Shown piece after piece: positions 1-11,585 of a stretch of DNA of 64,000 nt. Within the stretch, counting starts at the first letter, position 1. Each line of letters begins with the position of its first letter. The notes below the pieces were generated by a model. It was not told the origin of the DNA, did not search any database, and saw only the letters and a list, made by a program, of their open reading frames with translations. Source of the DNA: Macrostomum lignano (Eukaryota); the NCBI GenBank assembly GCA_002269645.1, contig NIVC01000371.1:62001-126000 (forward strand). The letters are read 5' to 3'. Both the position numbers and the translations under genes were made by a program.

Positions 1-129
1 TTCATAGATTTCGAGTGCTGCGTACTTCTACTTTAGTAGTCCTTGGCGTGACTAAGCTTTGCATACGTAGTGTCTAGCGCTTGCTATCCTACTAGCTTGC
101 TACTGGCGGCTTGTCTGGCTATTCAGCTA

Positions 130-335
130 TATAGCTGGCAAACGTCGGCTGGCAAATGTCGGCTGGCAAACGTCGGCTGGCAAACGTCGGCTGGCAAACG
201 TCCCGCAGGCAAACGTCCGGCAGGCAAACTTCGGCTGGCAAACGTCCCACTGGCAAACGTCGGCTGGCAAATGTCGGCTGGCAAACGTCCCGCAGGCAAA
301 CGTCGGCTGGCAAACGTCCCGCAGGCAAACGTCGT
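130..335. repeat. Minisatellite, 14/15-bp unit CTGGCAAACGTCGG
   Basis: Direct tandem copies; approximate bounds. Confidence 0.9.
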
Positions 336-337
336 AG

Positions 338-810
338 ACCCTTTATCACCAAGGGGCTTTAGCACCAAGGGCTTTAGCACCAAGGGCTTTAGCACCAAGG
401 GCTTTAGCACCAAGGGCTTTAGCACCAAGGGCTTTAGCACCAAGGGCTTTAGCACCAAGGGGCTTTAGCACCAAGGGCTTTAGCACCAAGGGCTTTAGCA
501 CCAAGGGGCTTTAGCACCAAGGGCTTTAGCACCAAGGGCTTTAGCACCAAGGGGCTTTAGCACCAAGGGACGCCAGCACCAAGGGGCTTTATCACCAAGG
601 GGCTTTAGCACCAAGGGCTTTAGCACCAAGGGGCTTTAGCACCAAGGGCTTTAGCACCAAGGGGCTTTAGCACCAAGGGCTTTAGCACCAAGGGGCTTTA
701 GCACCAAGGGCTTTAGCACCAAGGGGCTTTATCACCAAGGGGATTTAGCACCAAGGGACGCCAGCACCAAGGGGCTTTAGCACCAAGGGACGCCAGCACC
801 AAGACGCGAC
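338..810. repeat. Minisatellite, 15/16-bp unit AGCACCAAGGG(G)CTTT
   Basis: About 30 tandem copies. Confidence 0.95.
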
Positions 811-1958
811 AGCACCAAGAAGCGTCAGATCTGTGAAGGGGGTGCCTATTTTGGGGAAGAGCGCGGCTCCCCTCGCCCATCCCAACCTACATCTATGGTC
901 CATCGTGTGGCTTTCAAGAAAGACCTCCCGGTGCGACCTGTCTATAAAACACCCCCCCCCCAGTTAGGTATATAGTCACTCTAAGACCCTTAGCTATTGT
1001 TAGTAGGCTTTTTAAGCCAGTGAGCCCTCGTAGGTGCCCTCGGAGCCTTCCATTTCTGCCTGCAAAGGAGGGGAACAATATACTCGTGCAAAGAATTGTA
1101 AAGTCATTAAATTTAATAATTAAATAAGAATAGCAACTTTTAGACAGGTTATTCCTTGACCTCACACAAAATATTTGCATAAAAATTTACAAACATTTAT
1201 TATGGCAAAAAGAGTTCAGAATTAGGTACAATATTATTTATTTCTTAATTAAAACAAAGTCATAATAGGCATTAATTTCACAAATTCTTGTTTGCAGACT
1301 TTGGTTCCGCGGGTGTATTAAAGAAAGCCAGACTTAGTGTATAATATGATTGAATATTAGGCATTTATAACACTATGCTGTTCCAAAATAACCATTTGCA
1401 TCGAACGGCGAATTTCTCCTAACAAAAATATTATTAATTTTTTAAACGCTCCAAATACGCTTGCGCCTACTGCAAGTCCTTAAAGAAGTAATCAATAAGC
1501 GAATTCTTATCTAAATTTAATAACGACAACAGAAATCGGACTAGCGGAATTGCACACAGAGGCCCAAAGCAGTTTCTCCTTAAGCTTAAAAGATTTCTGA
1601 ATCTACAAAATTTTTGTAAAACTATTTCACAGCCCTGCCTCAGCTTGAAGTAGCTGGGCAGCTGGGCTAAAAGTGCATCTGGTGAAACACTTATTTAAGG
1701 GCCTATTTCGAAACCAGCCCAGTTTGCTCCAGTTTGTGAATATTATAGATTGTGAATACTCTTGTTTGTGAATATTATAGATTGTGAATACTCTAGTTTG
1801 TGAATCTTACAGTTTTGTGAATCCTCTAATTTTTGAATACTCTAGTTTGTGAAGTTTCTGGTTTGTGAAGATTCTATAGTTTGTGAATCTTGCAAACGAC
1901 CCTGTGCACACTAATAGACCTTTTACACCAGTTAATCAAAATAGTCAAAGATTGCAGC

Positions 1959-4900
1959 TCAGTCTGGGTGATAGTTCACCAGCCGCTGTCCAACCAGATA
2001 CCTATCGTTGACCAGGTGCTGATAGAATCTCCGAAACTGTCTAACCAATCAGAGCCAGCGCTGCCCCAGTGGAAGTGGCCAGAAAGTGCAAATGTCGAGA
2101 CGCCTCAAGCAGCACTCTGGGATCGGATACGAACAGGGGCAGGCAGCCGTGCAGCAGCAGGTACGGCCCGGCTAGCGGGGCGCCAAGGAACAGCAGCACC
2201 GGGCAGTACAGCTCCCTCCAGATGAACACAAACGGCACCCTGGCCAGACCCTCCTCGTACAGGCGCTCCAGCGCCGCTTTCAATCGAAAATTCGGCCCAA
2301 CAAACAGACAGCCAGTGATGAATTTGCATAGCAACAGGCCGGTGAACCAGCAGTGGAACAGGTTCAGCACGGGAGAGCAGCCGTCTGGCAGGCGCAGCGG
2401 TATCATCACTACCTTCTCGAATAGCACCCCTAGCAACAGGGGAGCCACAGCTGCGTACAGAGCGCCCAACGCTAACATCTTCGCCAAGAGTTGAGCCCAT
2501 TGTCTCAACAGGCCCAGCAACTGGGCCCGATTCCACGGCAGCCAATCGGCAATGAGATGGCCCATAGACAGCAGCGCCCAGCACACGTACAGTCCGCAGG
2601 CGGCCGTGTACAGCTCGTTAACGCTGTCCAATTGGAAAGGCCGGAGCAGGCACCGGCCGATCAGTACGGGGCACAGCAGGCAGACTGAAGCGCCAAGGAC
2701 TGCGCAGACGGCTAGGCTGAGTGCAAACAGCGCCAGGCGGGCCAGCGTGGGCTGCGGCTGCACGGCAGGGTTGGGGTCGGCACCGGGGCGGGCAAGCAGC
2801 AGGTCGGACAGGCCGGACACTGAGCCAGCAAATCTCACCGCCCTGTGCACGGCCGACTGCAGGCTGGCCTTGACGTGGCCCTGGTCTAGCATGGCCGGGA
2901 AGGCCACCTTCATGTGCAGAGTTGGGGTTGGATGCAGTGCCAGTGTTCAATGCTGGCAATGATGGTAATTCGTGTGCAAAAGACACACATCATAACTGTC
3001 TGTAAACTAAACGTCTGTAATACACTTATGTACAGATCATTACAGATTTACAGATTGTGAAAGACACAAATCCGTAGGACAGACACAAATTCAATGGAAC
3101 AGACACAAATCCAATGGAACAGACACAAATTCAATGGAACAGACACAAATATAGGGAACAGACACAAATCCAATGGAACAGACATAAATTCAATGGAACA
3201 GACACAAATGAATGGAGGGAACAGACAAATCCAATGGAACAGACACAAATCCAATGGAACAGACACAAATCCAATGAAACAGACACAAATCCAATGGAAC
3301 AGACACAAACACATGAAGCACTGGAACAGACACAAACACATGAAGCACTGGAACAGACTCAAAGCTAGTGACCCAGGCCACAGACAGGTATAGCATACAC
3401 TCACCTGCCAAAGCAGGAACTCAATAAAGGACAGATCGCTCTCGCTGCTGTACGTCACCCGATAGGGCAGAAAGCCGGGCACGGCCACAGCCAGCAGCCT
3501 GGCTGGCATGTACAGAAGCAGCACAGACAGGCAGCCGAAGCCAGCCAGACAGGCCACTGTAGAGAATGCCGTAGCGAGCCAGGGCATACGGACCAGCCGG
3601 ACCAGTGGATTTGGCTCCGCCTCGGGCGCAGGGAACAGGCCCGGCCGGAAGGCGTCCCGGACAAATAAGCAGAAGAACAGCACAGAATAGACCATAGACA
3701 GCAGGCCCAGCAGCCAGTGCACCAGCAGGAAAGCGCCCGGCACGCTATCGAATGCTAGCCTGCGATCTTTCAACGTTGAATTCAATAGGCGCAGAGAGCC
3801 GAGATCCAGCCACAGGCCGCACACAAGCGGGCACAGGGCCAATAGCAGCGCTGTGAGCAGGCACAGCTTCACTACTAGGTACAGAGTGCCGGCTAGACGG
3901 CGGAAACGACGGGGCGAGTTGAAGAACGACAGGACTGCGTGTCCGAGCCAGAGGGCGGCGGCCAGAACGGCGTAGCCGGCCAGAGTGCAGACAGTGTCGG
4001 CCAAGTACGGCAGCCGGACGACAACCTGCGAGCTGCTGCCGCCACCGCCGCTGGCACCGTCGCTGCCGTTGCCTCGCCCGGCGTCTTCGGCGCCTGGAAT
4101 TGCATAAAAGCTGCGCCTTCAGCACTGCAGGAGCGGGGCTAGTGCTTTAGGAAAACAATAAGGGGACTGGGCTGCTGTAAGACCGGGCTAGGACCATGAG
4201 ACAGTGTAGGACAATGAGACAGTGTAGGACCATGAAGACAGTAGGACCATAAAGACAGTAAGACCATGAAGACAGTAGGACCATAAAGACAGTAAGACCA
4301 TGAAGACAGTAGGACCATAAAGACAGTAAGACCATGAAGACAGTGGGACCATAAAGACAGTGGGACCATAAAGACAGTAGAACCATGAAGACAGTGGGAC
4401 CATAAAGACAGTGGGACCATAAAGACAGTAGGAACATCAAGACAGTGGGACCATAAAGACAGTGGGACCATAAAGACAGTGGGACCATAAAGACAGTAGA
4501 ACCATGAAGACAGTGAGACCATAAAGACACTGGGACCATAAAGACAGTAGGACCACGAAGACAGTAAACTTAAGTACAAACCCTGAGAGCCGGCAGCCAG
4601 CAGGTAGTCGGTGGCCGGCCGGACCAGAGCGCGGCCAACGCGCAGCGGCAGATAGTGGAAGAGCAGCAGGAACAGGGCGTTGACCCCCAGCACCCAGGCC
4701 AGCCAAAGTACGAAGGTTGGCGAGCCGTCGAAGCCGAGCAGGCGCTCCCAGTTCAAGTCATCCAGCTGCGCGCCAGCCACGGCGCCGCCTGCTGGACCCG
4801 CGGCGTCCTGGGCCGCTTCGTCATCGTTTGCCGGCGCCTCCTGGTGAAAATTTCGATGCGATTTTAACAGGATTTTAGGAAACAGAGACGTAGATTAGAG

Positions 4901-7900
4901 ATCGAGATTTTTAAATCGACTAGAGACTATGACTCAGATGGGACTGAGACTAGAGATCAGGACTTAGCTGGGACTGGGACTAGAGATCGGGATTCAGATG
5001 GGATTGGGACTAGGAATCAAATGGGACTGGGACTAGAGACTAGGACTCAGATGGGACTGAGACTAGAGATCGGGACTTAGCTGGGACTGGGACTAGAGAT
5101 CGGGATTCAGATGGGATTGGGACTAGGAATCAAATGGGACTGGGACTAGAGACTAGGACTCAGATGGGACTGAGACTAGAGATCGGGACTTAGCTGGGAC
5201 TGGGACTAGAGATCGGGTCTCAGATGGGATTGGGACTAGGAATCAAATGGAACTGGGACTAGAAATCAAATGGGACTGTGACTAGAGACTAGGACTAAAA
5301 TGGGACTGAGACTAGAGATCGGGACTCAGCTGGGACTGGGACTAGAGATCGGGACTCAGATGGGACTGGGACTAGAAATCAAATGGGACTGGGACTAGAA
5401 ATCAAATGGGACTGTGACTAGAGACTAGGACTTAAATGGGACTGTGACTAGAAACTAGGACTCAGATGGGACTGTGACTAGAGACTAGGACTCAGATGGG
5501 ACTGTGACTAGAGACTAGGACTCAGATGGGACTGTGACTAGAGACTAGGACTCAGATGGGACTGAGACTAGAGATCAGGACTCAGCTGGGACTGGGACTA
5601 GAGATCGGGACTCAGATGGGACTGGGACTAGAAATCAAATGAGACTGTGACTAGAGACTAGTACTTAAATGGGACTGTGACTAGAAACCAGGACTCAAAT
5701 GGGACTGTGACTAGAGACTAGGACTTAAATGGGACTGTGACTAGAGACCAGGACTCAAATGGGACTGTGACTAGAGACCAGGACTCAAATGGGACTGTGA
5801 CTAGAGACCAGGACTTAAATGGGACTGTGACTAGAGACCAGGACTCAAATGGGACTGTGACTAGAGACTAGGACTTAAATGGGACTGTGACTAGAGACTA
5901 GGACTCAAATGGGACTGTGACTAGAGACTAGGACTTAAATGGGACTGTGACTAGAGACTAGGACTCAAATGACAGTGCATAGAAAACTGGGACTACAATC
6001 AAAGCAAGCTAAGCAGCTCATAGCGAACCTCCAATCCGAAGGCGCCCATTATCAGATCCTGCAGTCCCAGAAGCAGATTATTATTCTGCTGATTATTGTT
6101 CTCATTTAACTCGACGTTTTCGTCATCTCCCTCGCCCTCGCCGTCGCCGTCGCCGTTAGCTTGATCGGGAGCCTCTCCATTGGCAATTGGATTGTCGTCA
6201 ACAACCTGTTGGCCATGATGCAGCTCATTAACAGCGTCGAGCAGGTGATTGTCGCCGTTGTGCTGGTGAACTAGCGCATGCACCGCCGCGGCTTGATTGC
6301 CGTCGCCGTCGACATCGTCGTCGTCGTCGTCTCGCATCCAGTCTGGCGCCGCGGCGCCGATCGCTTCGCGCAGGCAGACTAAGCAGAAGTAGGAAAGTAG
6401 AGCGGTGCCGGTGGCCAGGCCGCCAAGGCAACAGTCGGTAATGAGATCCTGGGAAGAAAATGAGTTTTTTGGGGATCTTCCATTCTGAATGTCGGTAGGG
6501 AATTACCAACATGGGCTCGTAACACTGAAGTCGGTCGGGAATTCCCAACATGGGCTTGTAACACTGAAGTCGGTCGGGAATTCCCAACATGGGCAGATAA
6601 CACTGAAGGTCGGTCGGGAATTCCCAACATGGGCAGATAACACTGAAAGTCGGTCGGGAATTTCCAACATGGCTGATAACACCGAAAGTCATTAGGGAGT
6701 TTCCAATATGGACTGATAACACTGAAGGTCAATAGGGAATTCCCAACATGGGCTGATAACACTGAAGGTCAGTAGGGAATTCCAAACATGGACTGATAAC
6801 ACTGAAGGTTAATAGGGAATTCCCAACATGGGCTGATAGCACTGAAGGTCAATAGGGAATTCCAAATATGGGCTGATAACACAGAAGGTCAGTAGGGAAT
6901 TCCCAACATGGAATGATAACACCGAAAGTCATTAGGGAGTTTCCAATATAGACTGATAACACTGAAGGTCAATAGGGAATTCCCAATATGGACTGATAGC
7001 ACTGAAGGTCAGGGTGGAGGTTCGCTAGGTAGCCAGTAGTCGGGAAAATGCCCAATCTCACCTGCAGCGTCATCACGTTAGCCAGCCAGCCGGCGTCACC
7101 GGAAGCGCCGCCCTGCAGCAGCAGCCGGTAAAGTCGGCAGGTGAGCAGCGGCACGGCGATGAGCCAGGAGCAGGTGACCAAGCTGTAGTGGAACCAGAAC
7201 GCCAGGCCGCGGCCAGCAGAGGCCAACAGGCTGCGCAGAATGTCGGCCAACGGCAGGCGGCTCGGCATATCCGGGGCGTAGATGGGCTTAAATTTGTACT
7301 TGTGGCCGCACAGCTCGCAGAACTCGCGCCTGCTGACCTGGTTGGGGGTGGATTAGGGGGATCATTATATTATATATACTCAGCAACATTGAAAAGTCGC
7401 CCACTCTATGCACCAGTGAGCAGTTTCTCTTGGACTGTTCTGAACTAAAAGATACGAGAAAACTGATCGGGTGGCTTTAATCCGTCCAACAAAACCCTCG
7501 CACACCGCGCCCCCCTCACTTCGTAGCAATTTGTGTCACTCGCAAAGATAGATTTTATTACCTGCACTCTCGAAAGTGGCGACCACAGACTGAATCTTCT
7601 GTGATGGCAACTTTTCCATGTTGCTGAGTACATAAGCACACTACGACACTTAAGCCCCTGATGGTGGGCGTTCAAATTAAAAATTCAAACTTTATTTTGT
7701 TTTGTTTGAAAAACTTAGTTTTTTTCCAATATTTGACCCTCTATAACAATTGGTATATAATTTGAATCAAATGGGCCCATTAGCTACTGCCCCGCCCCCA
7801 TATGCAACTGCACCACCCGGTGTTGTATTCATAAAAGAAGACAATCAAGATCAGAGCAGTTTAGGGGGTTGATAAATTTTAGGCCAGCTTTTTAACCCCC

Positions 7901-8095
7901 CCATGCACCCACCTTGCATCAACGATAATAAAATTCAACCAACCCCACTAATTGCGAGCCCGCCGCGCGAATGGTCATAAAAACTCCTTTAGATTAATTG
8001 TGGTGAATGTACATCCTACACTGTACATTGGCCAAGGAGAGGCCTAAATGGTTGAACTGAGCAAAATCGGCCAAACGGTTCTCGAGAAAACCAAC

Positions 8096-8152
<57 letters not shown>

Positions 8153-8773
8153 CGCAAAATTAGTATATAAAGATTGATGAGGGATTAGGGGTGAATAATC
8201 GCTGAGGGATTAGGGGTGAATAATCGCTGAGGGATTAGGGATGGATTACTGAGGGATTAGGGATGGATCGCTCAGGGATTAGGGGTGAATAATCGCTGAG
8301 GGATTTGGGATGGATCGCTGAAGGATTAGGGGTGAATAATCGCTGAGGGATTAGGGGTGAATAATCGCTGAGGGATTAGGGATGGATCGCTGACAGATTA
8401 GGGGTGAATAATCACTGAGGGATTAGGGATGGATCGCTGAGGGATTAGGGGTGGATAATCGCTGAGGGATTAGGGGTGGATAATCGCTGAGTTAGGGGGC
8501 TGTGACTCACTGAAGGTCTGGGGCTGAGGAGGCGGGACTCGCAAAAGGAGAAATACTGGCACGAACCTGCAGCCACTGCAGCAGGCAGTCCTGGTGAATG
8601 TACTTTATAGTACCGGTGCAGATGCACGGATAAAACAGGGGCCTGTCCTGACCGGCCTCCATGCGGCAGACCCGGCAGATGTTGGCGTCATCATCGGCGG
8701 CCGATCCTTCGGCTTCGTGTAGCAGCTGATCTGGCGCTGGCACCAGCTGCTGCTGTTCCCCATCGCTAGCCAT
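1959..8773 (-). CDS. MARCHF6: E3 ubiquitin ligase MARCHF6/TEB4/Doa10 orthologue, 6 exons, about 932 aa if one extra base near 2044 is removed
   Basis: Exons read by hand with GT-AG sites and matching phases: 8567-8773, 7062-7337, 6029-6448, 4582-4840, 3405-4093, 1959-2907. RING-CH CRVC..CICTG..HQDC..CELC followed by [11 protein letters not shown]; [12 protein letters not shown]; multiple TM segments. The C-terminal [22 protein letters not shown] is in a shifted frame after TAG at 2041-2043. Confidence 0.93.
3060..3360. repeat. 20-bp minisatellite GGAACAGACACAAATCCAAT (MARCHF6 intron 5)
   Basis: Tandem copies. Confidence 0.9.
4190..4570. repeat. 17-bp minisatellite GGACCATAAAGACAGTA (MARCHF6 intron 4)
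   Basis: Tandem copies. Confidence 0.9.
4920..5980. repeat. 30-bp minisatellite GGGACTGTGACTAGAGACTAGGACTCAAAT (MARCHF6 intron 3)
   Basis: Tandem copies, more homogeneous toward the right end. Confidence 0.95.
6490..7010. repeat. 40-bp minisatellite (MARCHF6 intron 2)
   Basis: Unit ACTGAAGGTCAATAGGGAATTCCCAACATGGGCTGATAAC. Confidence 0.9.
7379..7628. mobile_element. 250-bp MITE, Tc1/mariner-type, in MARCHF6 intron 1
   Basis: 23-bp TIRs CTCAGCAACATTGAAAAGTCGCC with 21/23 identity; TA on both flanks (7377-7378, 7629-7630). Confidence 0.8.
7945..8173 (+). mobile_element. Possible non-autonomous Helitron/HINE-like element containing (GACA)n
   Basis: AAATCGGCCAAACGGTTCTCGAG, then about 12 GACA units, then AAAATTAGTATATAAAGAT; this layout resembles known short Helitron derivatives. 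Boundaries uncertain. Confidence 0.4.
8175..8490. repeat. 21/25-bp minisatellite GAGGGATTAGGGGTGAATAATCGCT (MARCHF6 intron 1)
   Basis: Tandem copies. Confidence 0.9.
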
Positions 8774-9029
8774 GCCTTTCTCTGTGTTTAGAGAGCGGAG
8801 AAAGCTGACCGCTCTTCAACGATTGCCCGCCGTTTCTGTTGTTTAATTTGCTTTTGCGACTGCCTGTTACGTGCTAGGCTGCATGCAATGTGGTTTGATT
8901 CATTTGTTGAAATTATTTATTGCAGAATCTTACAGTTATGGTGGATTTTCTTAAAATACTCGGGGCTGAGACCAGAGTAGCCCAGCTGTAACCCTCTCGG
9001 GTTCGACTCCGTCATTCACATTCACAACT

Positions 9030-9347
9030 AAATAGCTAGCTAACTAACTAACTAACTAACTAGCTAACTAACTAACTAACTAGCTAACTAGCTAGCTAAC
9101 TAACTAACTAGCTAACTAACTAACTAGCTAGCTAACTAGCTAACTAACTAACTAACTAACTAACTAGCTAACTAACTAACTAACTAGCTAACTAGCTAAC
9201 TAAATAGCTAACTGACTAGCTAACTGACTAGCTAACTAACTAGCTAGCTAACTAACTAGCTAACTAACTAGCTAACTAACTGACTAACTAACTAACTAGC
9301 TAGCTAACTAGCTAACTAACTAACTAGCTAGCTAACTAACTAACCAG

Positions 9348-9386
<39 letters not shown>

Positions 9387-10390
9387 GCTAGCTAACTAAC
9401 TACTAGCTAACTAACTAACTAGCTAGCTAACTAGCTAACTAGCTAGCTAACTAACTAACTAGCTAACTAACTAACTAACTAACTAGCTAGCTAGCTAACT
9501 AGCTAACTAACTAACTAACTAGCTAGCTAACTAACTAGCTAACTAACTAACTAACTAGCTAGCTAACTAACTACTAGCTAACTAACTAACTAGCTAGCTA
9601 ACTAGCTAACTAGCTGGCTAACTAACTAACTAGCTAACTAACTAACTAACTAACAAACTAGCTAGCTAACTAGCTAACTAACTAACTAGCTAACTAGCTA
9701 GCTAACTAACTAACTAGCTAACTAACTAACTAGCTAGCTAACTAGCTAACTAACTAACTAACTAGCTAACTAACTAACTAACTAGCTAACTAGCTAACTA
9801 ACTAACTAACTGACTAGCTAACTGACTAACTAACTAACTAGCTAGCTAACTAGCTAACTAACTAACTAACTAGCTAGCTAACTACTAGCTAACTAACTAA
9901 CTAGCTAGCTAACTAGCTAACTAGCTAGCTAACTAACTAACTAGCTAACTAACTAACTAACTAACTAGCTAGCTAACTAGCTAACTAACTAACTAGCTAG
10001 CTAACTAACTAGCTAACTAACTAACTAACTAGCTAACTAGCTAACTAACTAGCTAACTAACTAGCTAACTAGCTAACTAACTAACTAACTAACTAGCTAG
10101 CTAACTAGCTAACTAACTAACTAACTAGCTAGCTAACTAACTAGCTAACTAACTAACTAACTAACTAGCTAACTAGCTAACTAACTAACTAACTAGCTAA
10201 CTAACTAGCTAACTAGCTAACTAACTAACTAACTAACTAACTAGCTAGCTAACTAACTAGCTAACTAACTAACTAACTGACTAGCTAACTAACTAGCTAA
10301 CTAACTAGCTAGCTAACTAACTAGCTAACTAGCTAACTAAAAGCTAACTAACTAAAAACTAACTAACTAATGAACTAAAAAACTAACTCT
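9030..10390. repeat. Compound (CTAA)n/(CTAG)n microsatellite, about 1.36 kb
   Basis: Almost exclusively CTAA and CTAG tetramers. Confidence 0.97.
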
Positions 10391-11320
10391 TAACTCTTAG
10401 AGCAATATCACATGCATAATAAATAACAAATTATAAACAACAAGACGAAAAAAGGCTTGAGTTAAATAATTGTAACGATGGTTTTGATGGGCAGGAACTC
10501 TGCTTATCCGTGTAATCTCTATAGAGTTGGGGCACAAAATATTAGTGGATAATTGGCTGATTAGCGGCTGAATCTTGAGACATTTTGTCGGCAAGTGGGT
10601 ACACGTATCATAGCTTAAGTTTAGACACAAATTATTTCTGCGTAAGTCAACAAATACAAAACGAGATTAGAAGTATTGCACAGTTAATATTAACACAAAA
10701 TGTACAGCTTCAGGCGTTTGTGCTAAAATTTGTATTAGAAACACAAAAAGAAGGTAAGAAAAATTTAAAAAACATATACTACTAGTTAATACTACTTGTT
10801 AGCAGCTATTTTCAATTGTAGCTGCCTGCGAATTTATATCTGAATAAGATAAAAATGAATGATGCGATGCGAGGGATAAGTTTATTTTTTTTATAAAATC
10901 AAAGCTCTGAGCTCAAATTGAGCAGCAAAATTTTAACAAGCAAATATCAGCGTTAATTGATTTCTGTCCCATAAAAAACGGAAGCTTTTCTACAAAAGTC
11001 AATGCAAAAATAAAAGAAAATTTTATTGACACTACTTATATAGATTTGTGCAGTAGAGAAAAACGCAAAAAATCGTTAAAAAACCCAAAAAGAAGCAAAT
11101 GGAGGAAGAGCAACGAAGGAGAGAAAAATAAAGCGCGTTTGAATTACAGTTGTTTAAACGGATCACGAAAACGGACTAAAGCTGGATTAACGGATTGCAC
11201 GCACTGTGTGCTATTGCGGAATAATTATATAGACTGGATTAGGACTGTCTGTGTTTCTAAGACTTCATATTAATATTTGTCCATACTTTGTATTGCGTAC
11301 AATATAGTAATCATACAACA

Positions 11321-11569
11321 GTTGCCATAGCAACAAATAACCTAACCAGCATCATATAAATCCATATTCTAAAAAGTGATCTTTTATTGTTGCCATAGCA
11401 ACAAATAAAATAAATTTGTTGCCATAGCAACAATTGACCTAACTAGCTTCATATAAATCCAAATTCCAAAAGTGATCTTTTATTGTTGCCATAGCAACCA
11501 ATGAACCTAGACAGCTTTATTCGAAACCGTATTCATCATTTACTGTTTCTTTAGCGTTACCATAGAAAC
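11321..11569. promoter_or_regulatory. Cluster of five X-box (RFX-type) palindromes
   Basis: GTTGCCATAGCAAC at 11321, 11389, 11418 and 11485; GTTACCATAGAAAC at 11556. Function untested. Confidence 0.45.
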
Positions 11570-11585
11570 AAGCCAAACCGCTATA

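Noticed and set aside
70-468. ORFs across the 14- and 15-bp arrays (e.g. KGFST repeats)
   Set aside because: They are translations of stop-free tandem repeats with no splice or homology support. The same applies to the ORFs over the arrays at 3060, 4190, 6490, 13720, 15437, 21577, 23000, 35065, 37712, 44715, 48680 and 51960, and over (ATTCT)n.
8175-10390. Telomere-like sequence (TTAGGG inside the 25-mer; TTAG on the minus strand of the CTAA array)
   Set aside because: There is no tandem (TTAGGG)n; the hexamer is one word in a longer unit and the location is internal.
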